A stretch of DNA of 64,000 bases, taken from assembly GCA_965214705.1 (NCBI GenBank), contig OZ243972.1, forward strand, positions 3,648,001-3,712,000, in the 5' to 3' direction. Under the pieces are notes generated by a model. The model saw nothing but the letters and a program-made list of their open reading frames with translations, was not told the origin of the DNA and did not search any database. The position numbers and the translations under genes are program-made. Each line of letters begins with the position of its first letter. The first letter of the stretch is position 1. This document shows, in pieces, positions 29,369-36,140 of the stretch. Origin of the DNA: Alphaproteobacteria bacterium. Lineage in GTDB: Bacteria; Pseudomonadota; Alphaproteobacteria; UBA828.

Positions 29369-30169
29369 ATGACCCGCCCGGTGCGTGTCGCGGAGATCGA
29401 CTGGACCGAGTACGACCGGCGCGTGCGGGAGGAGCAGCCGGTGGTGATCCTCCCGGTGGGCTCGCTGGAGCAGCACGGGCCCCACCTGCCCATGAACTGC
29501 GATGCCGCGATCCCGACCGCGCTTGCAGAGCGGGTCGCGGCACGCACCGGCGATCTGGTCGCGCCTACCCTCTGCTACGGCTACAAGTCGCAGCCGAAGT
29601 CCGGCGGCGGCAACCACTTTCCCGGCACCACCAGCCTCGACGGCGAGACCCTGATCCGCATGGTCCGCGATATCGTCAGCGAGTTCGCCCGTCACGGCGT
29701 GCGCCGCATGGCGGTGGTGGACGGTCACTACGAGAACAACATGTTTTTAGTGGAGGGCATCGACCTCGCCCTGCGCGGGCTCCGGCGCGACGGCATCGAC
29801 GATATGCGGATCGCCAAGATTCCCTATTGGGAGTACGTCACCCAGGAGACCATGGACGCCGCCTGGCCCGAGGGCTTCCCCGGTTGGCCGCTGGAACATG
29901 CCGGCCTGATGGAGACCTCGGTCATGCTGCACCTCTATCCGGAGCTCGTGGACATGACGAAGGCGCCCGACCACCCGCCGGCCGACTTCCCGCTCTACGA
30001 CATCTATCCGACGGACACCTCGCGGGTGCCCTGGACCGGCGCGCTCTCGCCTTCAATCGCCGCGACGGCGGAGAAGGGCGAGCGTTTCGTTGCCGACTAC
30101 GTGGACGGCATGACCGCCGCGCTGATCGAGATTTTCGGGTCGAGGCGCCAGGACATCGCGGCCGAATAG
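29369..30169 (+). CDS. crnA: Creatininase (creatinine amidohydrolase)
   Basis: GSLEQHGPH, YGYKSQPKSGGGNHFPGTTSLDG, GHYEN, EHAGLMETS; matches the Pseudomonas putida enzyme as I recall it. Confidence 0.9.
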   Translation: MTRPVRVAEIDWTEYDRRVREEQPVVILPVGSLEQHGPHLPMNCDAAIPTALAERVAARTGDLVAPTLCYGYKSQPKSGGGNHFPGTTSLDGETLIRMVRDIVSEFARHGVRRMAVVDGHYENNMFLVEGIDLALRGLRRDGIDDMRIAKIPYWEYVTQETMDAAWPEGFPGWPLEHAGLMETSVMLHLYPELVDMTKAPDHPPADFPLYDIYPTDTSRVPWTGALSPSIAATAEKGERFVADYVDGMTAALIEIFGSRRQDIAAE

Positions 30170-30184
30170 AAGGGGACGCCAGCC

Positions 30185-31144
30185 ATGAGCGAGGGCTTCT
30201 ACGAGCCGGTCAGCGGCATGGACATGCCGCGCTTCAGCGCGATGCCGACCTTCATGCGGCTTCCCCACGTCACCGATTTCTCGGCCGTGGACATCGCGCT
30301 GGTGGGCGTGCCCTGGGACAACGGCACCACCAACCGCGCCGGCGCCCGCCACGGCCCGCGCGAGATCCGCAACATGTCGAGCCTGATGCGGCGCACCCAT
30401 CACACCCTCGGCATCTGCCCCTACGAGCTTTGCCGGGTGGCCGACTGCGGCGACGCCAGCATCAACCCGATCGACCTGCACGACACCATCGGGCGGATCG
30501 AGCGCTTCTTCACCGGCCTGCACGCGGCCGGCGCGGTGCCGCTCTCTGCCGGCGGCGATCACCTGATCACGCTCCCGATCATGCGCGCCATCGCCAGGGA
30601 CCGGCCGGTCGGCATGATCCACTTCGACGCCCATTCCGATACCTGGGACAGCTACTTCGGCGGCTACACCATCACCCACGGCACGCTCTTCCGCCGCGCT
30701 GTGGAGGAGGGGCTGCTCGACCCCAAGCGCACCATCCAGATCGGCATTCGCGGCTCGGTCTACGACCTTCACGACCTGGACTTTGCGCGCGACTCGGGGA
30801 TGCGCGTCGTCACCATCGAGGAGTACTTCGATGTCGGCTGGGAGAAGGTGATTGCCGAGGCCCGCGCCGTGGTCGGCGACGGCCCGACCTACATCAGCTT
30901 CGACGTGGACGGGCTCGACCCGGTCTATGCGCCGGGCACCGGCACGCCCGAAATCGGCGGCTTCTCTACCCACGAGGCGCAACGGATGCTGCGGGGCGCG
31001 CGCGGCCTCAACCTGGTGGGCGGCGACGTGGTGGAGGTTGCGCCGCCTTTCGACCCCAGCGGCAACACGGCGCTGGTGGGCGCCACCATGATGTTCGAAA
31101 TCCTGTGCGTTCTGGCGGAGGCGGTGGCCGAGGCCAAGAGCTGA
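30185..31144 (+). CDS. Ureohydrolase (agmatinase/guanidinobutyrase-like)
   Basis: GARHGP, GGDH, HFDAHSDT, SFDVDGLDP, APGTGTPE, DVVEVAP. Confidence 0.9.
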   Translation: MSEGFYEPVSGMDMPRFSAMPTFMRLPHVTDFSAVDIALVGVPWDNGTTNRAGARHGPREIRNMSSLMRRTHHTLGICPYELCRVADCGDASINPIDLHDTIGRIERFFTGLHAAGAVPLSAGGDHLITLPIMRAIARDRPVGMIHFDAHSDTWDSYFGGYTITHGTLFRRAVEEGLLDPKRTIQIGIRGSVYDLHDLDFARDSGMRVVTIEEYFDVGWEKVIAEARAVVGDGPTYISFDVDGLDPVYAPGTGTPEIGGFSTHEAQRMLRGARGLNLVGGDVVEVAPPFDPSGNTALVGATMMFEILCVLAEAVAEAKS

Positions 31145-31158
31145 CGAAGGAGGGGGCC

Positions 31159-31629
31159 ATGGACCACGAAGGCTACATGCGGCAAGCGATCGCGCTCTGC
31201 GAAGAGAAGATGGCGGCGGGCGAAGGCGGCTACTGCGCGACGCTCATCGTGCGGGACGACGAGGTGATCGGCGAGGGCTGGAACAACGTGGCCGAGAACT
31301 GCGATGCCACCGGCCATTGCGAGATCAACGCCATCCGCGATGCGGGCAAGCGCACCCGCAATTGGGACCTCTCCGGTTCGACCCTCTACACCACCTGGGA
31401 GCCCTGCGTCATGTGCGCGGCGGCGATCTGGTGGGCGCGGATCGACCGGGTGTTCTACGGCAATCTGCTCTCCCACGCGTCCGACCTCGGCATCGACCTC
31501 GCCGGACTGGACAAAGAAGTCGCGACGCCGAGCGAGCAGCGGGACCGGCCCTACCGGCGCCTGCTGGGCGATGAGACCTACGCCATGTTCAGGGCGTGGT
31601 GGGACAGCGGGGACCGCACCACCATCTAA
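31159..31629 (+). CDS. Zn-dependent nucleoside/base deaminase (CDA/TadA fold)
   Basis: HCE...LYTTWEPCVMC; GGAGG RBS. Confidence 0.87.
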   Translation: MDHEGYMRQAIALCEEKMAAGEGGYCATLIVRDDEVIGEGWNNVAENCDATGHCEINAIRDAGKRTRNWDLSGSTLYTTWEPCVMCAAAIWWARIDRVFYGNLLSHASDLGIDLAGLDKEVATPSEQRDRPYRRLLGDETYAMFRAWWDSGDRTTI

Positions 31630-31635
31630 TGGTGC

Positions 31636-31664
31636 TTGCACGGCTGAGACGGGCGCGCCATATA
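31636..31664 (+). promoter_or_regulatory. Putative alphaproteobacterial sigma70 promoter
   Basis: (C)TTGCAC-N17-CATATA. Confidence 0.6.
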
Positions 31665-31698
31665 CGAGGCGTCGTCAACAACGAAAGGAGGTGATCCA

Positions 31699-31773
31699 GT
31701 GTCAGACTGTCCTAAACCGCGATCGGCGGTCATCGCGAGCTGGGTCTCCCCCTGCGATGGGGCCCACGGCTGA
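31699..31773 (+). CDS. Putative 24-aa peptide MSDCPKPRSAVIASWVSPCDGAHG
   Basis: GTG directly after the extended SD; TGA at 31771-31773. Confidence 0.5.
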   Translation: MSDCPKPRSAVIASWVSPCDGAHG

Positions 31774-31809
31774 CGGTGACGACGCGATCTGCGGATCGCG
31801 GATTGACGG

Positions 31810-31840
31810 GGAAGGGCCGCCCCAGCCGGGCGGCCCTTCC
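31810..31840 (+). terminator. 13-bp GC hairpin, terminator-like
   Basis: GGAAGGGCCGCCC-cagcc-GGGCGGCCCTTCC; weak U-tract. Confidence 0.65.
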
Positions 31841-31854
31841 AACGTTCCGAGCCC

Positions 31855-32394
31855 ATGACTGACGAGACTCCGGAGGGCGCCACACTCGGCGTCATCCCCG
31901 CCGGATTCTGGCGGCGGGTCGCGGCGTGGGTCATTGACACGATCATCGTGCTGGTGGGCGTCTACCTCGTCGGCTCGTTCCTGTGGCCCGACCTGGTGGA
32001 GACCACGACGCGCGTCTCGGAGAGCGATGGCGCGCGGCTGGAAGTGGTGAGCTACGCGCTCTCCTGGCTCGGCTCCGTGGTCTTCGGCATCGCGCTCGGT
32101 GTCTACACGGCGCTGCAGGAGAGCAGCCGGGCCCAGGCGACCGTCGGCAAGCGCATGCTGGGCCTTCGGGTGATGGGGCTCGACGGTGGGCGAATCTCGC
32201 TGCTCACGGCGATCCTTCGCTGCTGGCCGCTCTGGCTCCCCGGCCTCATCAGCATGGTCGAGGGCCTGAATTACGTCGTCGGATTTGCGGCCATCGCCGC
32301 CTGCATCGCGGTCGCCTTCACCCGCCGCAAGCAGGGCCTGCACGACATGCTGGCGCGCTGTTTGGTGGTGCGCCGGCCGCCCCGTGTCATATAG
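31855..32394 (+). CDS. RDD family membrane protein
   Basis: AGFWRRVAAWVID, ATVGKRMLGLRV, QGLHDMLA. Confidence 0.9.
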   Translation: MTDETPEGATLGVIPAGFWRRVAAWVIDTIIVLVGVYLVGSFLWPDLVETTTRVSESDGARLEVVSYALSWLGSVVFGIALGVYTALQESSRAQATVGKRMLGLRVMGLDGGRISLLTAILRCWPLWLPGLISMVEGLNYVVGFAAIAACIAVAFTRRKQGLHDMLARCLVVRRPPRVI

Positions 32395-32486
32395 GGGCGC
32401 GCGGAGGGCACTCGCACCCGCCGGGCTTTTGCGCCATGATCGCGCGCCGGTGAGCGGAGGAGTCGCCGGGGGCAGGGGGCGAAGAC

Positions 32487-33416
32487 ATGGTCGTCGAGCG
32501 CGCGAACGAGCGGGTCTGCTACTTCAACGGGGAGATCGTGCCAGAGAGCCGGGCCCTGGTCTCCTTCCGCGACAGAAGCTTCCGTTATGGCGACGGCGCC
32601 TTCGATACCACCCGCACCTTCGGGCACCGCCTGTTCAAGCTGGAAGAGCACATCGTGCGCTTCTACAAGACCTTGCGGTATCTCAGGATCGACCCCGGCA
32701 TGGCGCCCTCGGAGATGAAGCGCCACACCGAGGAGGTGCTTGCCCGCAACCTGCACCTGCTCGGGCCGGACGAGGACTACTGGGTCTTCCAGCGCATCTC
32801 ACGCGGTCTCGAGCCGGCGGGCGGCGACTTCCACGGCTCGACCGACCCGGTACTCATCATCGACTGCACGCCGCTGCCGATCCCTCAGCGCGCCCACTAT
32901 TTCCGCGACGGGATTCCGCTGATGGTGCCCTCGAACCGCCGCGCGGCACCGGATTCGCTCTCCCCCAGGGCGAAGACCCACAACTACTTGAGCCTTTTCG
33001 TCGGCAACGACGAGGTGCGCCGCATCGATCCCAATGCCCTGGCGTTGTTCCTCGATCACAACGGCAATCTCAGCGAGGGCGTCGGCTCCAACATCTTCCT
33101 CGTCACCGACGATGTGCTCTACACCCCGCAGGACCGCTACGTGCTCAACGGCATCAGCCGCGAGACCGTGCTGGAGCTCGCGGCGGAGGCGGACATCGAG
33201 GTGGTGAAGTGCGATCTTGATCTGTTCGACGCGCACGGTGCCGACGAGGCCTTCATCACGTCGACGAGCTACTGCATCTGCCCGGTTTCGACCATCAACG
33301 GGGTGCCCTTCGGCGAGCGGAACATCCCCGGCCCGGTGACGGAGCGTCTGATGGGGCTCTACTGCAAGCTCATCGGATTCGACTTCGTGGGCCAGTACCT
33401 CAAGCACCTTCACTGA
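32487..33416 (+). CDS. Aminotransferase class IV (IlvE/D-amino-acid transaminase-like)
   Basis: DRSFRYGDGAF, AKTHNY, SEGVGSNIF, LNGISR, ADEAFITST. Confidence 0.9.
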   Translation: MVVERANERVCYFNGEIVPESRALVSFRDRSFRYGDGAFDTTRTFGHRLFKLEEHIVRFYKTLRYLRIDPGMAPSEMKRHTEEVLARNLHLLGPDEDYWVFQRISRGLEPAGGDFHGSTDPVLIIDCTPLPIPQRAHYFRDGIPLMVPSNRRAAPDSLSPRAKTHNYLSLFVGNDEVRRIDPNALALFLDHNGNLSEGVGSNIFLVTDDVLYTPQDRYVLNGISRETVLELAAEADIEVVKCDLDLFDAHGADEAFITSTSYCICPVSTINGVPFGERNIPGPVTERLMGLYCKLIGFDFVGQYLKHLH

Positions 33417-33462
33417 TGTAGCGTCCCGCCGACAGCCATGAAGAATAGCAGCGTCCCTTCCC

Positions 33463-33552
33463 CGTCATGGCCGGGCTTGTCCCGGCCATCCACGAAAGCG
33501 CTTCGGCCCGGTGCGGCGCCGCGAGATGCCCGGAATAAATCCGGGCATGACG
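33463..33552. repeat. Alphaproteobacterial palindromic REP/RIME-like element
   Basis: CGTCATGGCCGGGCTTGTCCCGGCCATCCAC...GATGCCCGGAATAAATCCGGGCATGACG: two inverted imperfect palindromes. Confidence 0.75.
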
Positions 33553-33611
33553 CTGGAGGGGTAACGTCGCTCGTGCGCGATTCCGGGACAGGACACTAGG
33601 AGACCGCGTTC

Positions 33612-34580
33612 ATGCTTGAGATCGTCAAGCCGGGACTCGAGACCAGCATCCAGGACTTCCCCGGCCGCGTGGGCTACTGGAACCAGGGCTTCCCGCCGTC
33701 CGGCCCGATGGACATGTGGTCGTTCCGCCTCGCCAATCTCGTGGTCGGCAACGACGAGGGCGCGCCGGGGCTGGAAGCCCAGTTCATGGGGCCGACGATC
33801 AAGTTCCAGCGCGACGGCGTGATCGCCGTGACCGGCGCCAACATGCGCCCGATCCTCGACGGACAGCCGATCCCGATGTGGGAGAGCGTGGCGGTGGATG
33901 CCGGGCAGACGCTCTTGATGGGGCCGGCGATCGCCGGCGCGCGCGGCTATCTCGCGGTGGCGGGCGGCATCGATGCGCCGGAGTGGCTGGGCTCGGCGTC
34001 CACCTTCCACAAGGCCGGGGTCGGCGGGCTCGACGGCCACGCGGTGCGGGCAGGGCAGGTGCTCCCGGTGAAGGAGGCCGCCGGCACGCCGGGGCGGCGC
34101 ATCGCGGACCGCGCGCGGCCGACCTTCCCCGGCGGCAAGACCTGGGAGATCCAGGCGGTGCGGGGGCCGAACGACGACTGGATCGACGACTCCGGCCACG
34201 AGCGCTTCATCGAGACGGCGTGGATGCTGGAGGCCCGGAGCGATCGCACGGGCTATCGTCTGAGCGGGCCGGACTGGACCTTCACCGAGAAGGCCACGAA
34301 CAAGGCGCCGGAGCACGGCGACTTCCCCTCCAACATCATTGATCAGGGCTATCCGCTGGGCGCGGTCAACTTGGGCGGCCAGACGCCAATCATCCTGATG
34401 AACGACGGTCCCAGCATGGGCGGCTTCATCTGCCCCTACACGGTGCCGTCCGCCGGCTTCTGGAAGCTCGGTCAGATGAAGCCCAACGAGTACATCAAGT
34501 TTCGCGAGGTCTCGGTGGGGGAGGCTCAGGCGCTGCGCCTGGCCCTCGACGAGACCTGCACGCTCGACAGCATCGAATAA
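33612..34580 (+). CDS. Biotin-dependent carboxyltransferase family protein (PxpC/KipA/urea-carboxylase CT domain-like)
   Basis: PGLETSIQDFPGRVGYW, PPSGPMD, LANLVVGN, GARGYLAVAGG, SDRTGYRL, DGPSMGG. Confidence 0.87.
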   Translation: MLEIVKPGLETSIQDFPGRVGYWNQGFPPSGPMDMWSFRLANLVVGNDEGAPGLEAQFMGPTIKFQRDGVIAVTGANMRPILDGQPIPMWESVAVDAGQTLLMGPAIAGARGYLAVAGGIDAPEWLGSASTFHKAGVGGLDGHAVRAGQVLPVKEAAGTPGRRIADRARPTFPGGKTWEIQAVRGPNDDWIDDSGHERFIETAWMLEARSDRTGYRLSGPDWTFTEKATNKAPEHGDFPSNIIDQGYPLGAVNLGGQTPIILMNDGPSMGGFICPYTVPSAGFWKLGQMKPNEYIKFREVSVGEAQALRLALDETCTLDSIE

Positions 34581-34594
34581 GAGGAGATCGGTCG

Positions 34595-34810
34595 ATGGCG
34601 GAAGAGGTTCTGACCCAGGCGCCGGGCAACGTGTGGAAGGTCCTGGTGAAGGAAGGCGATTCGGTCAAGGCCGGCGACACCCTGTTCATCCTCGAGGTGA
34701 TGAAGACCGAGGTGCCCCACGACGCCGAGGGCGACGGCACGGTCAAGGCGCTCCACGTCAAGGAGGAAGACGCCGTCGACGTGGGCCAACTCGCGGTGGT
34801 GATCGAATAG
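34595..34810 (+). CDS. Stand-alone biotin/lipoyl carrier domain protein
   Basis: PGNVWKVLVKEGDSV, LEVMKTE (EAMKM-like); GAGGAG RBS. Confidence 0.85.
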   Translation: MAEEVLTQAPGNVWKVLVKEGDSVKAGDTLFILEVMKTEVPHDAEGDGTVKALHVKEEDAVDVGQLAVVIE

Positions 34811-34850
34811 TCCGCGCGCGGGCGGTTCCGCCGGCGGCCGGGGCGGGCGC

Positions 34851-36101
34851 ATGCGGGTCCTGGTACTTGGCGCCGGCGTGGTCGGCACCGCCGCGGCCTA
34901 CTTCCTGAACGAGGCCGGCCACGAGGTCACCGTGGTCGAGCGTCAGGCCGGCGCCGGGCTGGAGACCAGCTTCGCCAACGGCGGCATCGTCGGCGCCTAC
35001 AGCTCCAGGCCCTGGGCGCACCCCGAAGTGCCCCGCATGCTGATCAAGTGGTTCGGGCGCGAGGATGCGCCCTACCTGTTCCGCCTGCGCCCCGACCTCG
35101 CCCAGTGGAGCTGGGCCGTGAGCTTCTTGCGCCACTGCACGCGGGCGCAGTTCGAGCGCTCCCAGCAGGTCTCGCTCAGACTGTCCACCTACAGCTACGA
35201 CTGCCTGAAGGCGCTGCGCGAGAAGGAGGGGATCGCCTACGATCAGCGGGCGGAAGGAGTGCTCCACCTCTACCGCGATACCGCGTCGCTGGATGCGTCC
35301 TACGCTTACGAAACGCGGATGGCGGACACCCGCTTCCACCCGGAGCGCCTGGATCGCGACCAGATGCTCGCAGCCGAGCCCGCGCTGCAGCAGACGGCGG
35401 ACCAGTTCGCGGGCGCCACCTTCTTCCGCAACGACGAGTCCGGCGATGCGCACAAGTTTACGACGGGCCTTGCCGCGGCCGCGGTCGCAAACGGCGCAAC
35501 GTTTCGCTTCGGCGAGACGGTGCGGCGGCTCACCGGCGACCGCCGGCGCGTGACCGGGGCCGAGACCGACAAGGGCGCCATCGAGGCCGACGCGGTGGTG
35601 ATGAGCCTCGCGAGCTACAGCCCGCGCTTCCTCAAGCGGCTCGGCGTGCGCGTGCCGATCTATCCGCTCAAGGGCTACTCGGTAACGATCCCGACGGCGG
35701 GCTACAACGGGGCGCCCACCCGCGCCATCCACGACGGCCACCGGCGCATCGTGATGAGCCGGCTGGGCGACCGGCTGCGTTGCGCCGGCACCGCCGAGCT
35801 CGACGGCCACAACGCGACCATCCGCGCCGACCGGGCGAGGGCGACGCTGGACGCGGCGATGGCAGTGTTCCCGAGCTGCGGCGACCGCACCAAGGCCGAG
35901 CGCTGGATCGGCTTCCGCCCGATGACGCCGGATTGCCTGCCGATCATCGGCAAGACGCAGGTTCCGGGGCTCTACCTGGACACCGGCCACGGCAGCACCG
36001 GCTGGACCTACTCGTCGGGCTCGGGCCGGATCATTGCGGACATCGTCTCGGGCCGCGAGCCTGGCATCGACTTAGCGGGCCTGCGGCCGGATCGGTTTTA
36101 G
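34851..36101 (+). CDS. dadA: D-amino acid dehydrogenase
   Basis: VLGAGVVG, ETSFANGG, SGDA, YPLKGYS, GFRPMTPD, TGHGSTGWT. Confidence 0.88.
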   Translation: MRVLVLGAGVVGTAAAYFLNEAGHEVTVVERQAGAGLETSFANGGIVGAYSSRPWAHPEVPRMLIKWFGREDAPYLFRLRPDLAQWSWAVSFLRHCTRAQFERSQQVSLRLSTYSYDCLKALREKEGIAYDQRAEGVLHLYRDTASLDASYAYETRMADTRFHPERLDRDQMLAAEPALQQTADQFAGATFFRNDESGDAHKFTTGLAAAAVANGATFRFGETVRRLTGDRRRVTGAETDKGAIEADAVVMSLASYSPRFLKRLGVRVPIYPLKGYSVTIPTAGYNGAPTRAIHDGHRRIVMSRLGDRLRCAGTAELDGHNATIRADRARATLDAAMAVFPSCGDRTKAERWIGFRPMTPDCLPIIGKTQVPGLYLDTGHGSTGWTYSSGSGRIIADIVSGREPGIDLAGLRPDRF

Positions 36102-36140
36102 CGTCTCTGCGGTCTAAGCACAGGCAGGGTTCCCGGCCGG

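Larger units (their letters stand above)
31671..31845 (+). ncRNA. Candidate small RNA or leader transcript containing an extended Shine-Dalgarno and a small ORF
   Basis: Upstream promoter, GAAAGGAGGTGATCCAG, internal hairpins, 3' hairpin. Confidence 0.5.

Noticed and set aside
29827-31629. 600-aa ORF ending in a deaminase domain
   Set aside because: Only the last 156 aa are protein-like and have their own SD; the rest shadows creatininase and ureohydrolase
31683-31699. 16S rRNA gene fragment on the minus strand
   Set aside because: Similarity stops after 17 nt and flanks are not rRNA-like; better read as an extended SD on the plus strand
10137-34810. Calling a complete pxpABC 5-oxoprolinase or urea carboxylase
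   Set aside because: pxpB and biotin carboxylase are absent from the window; kept only as a hypothesis
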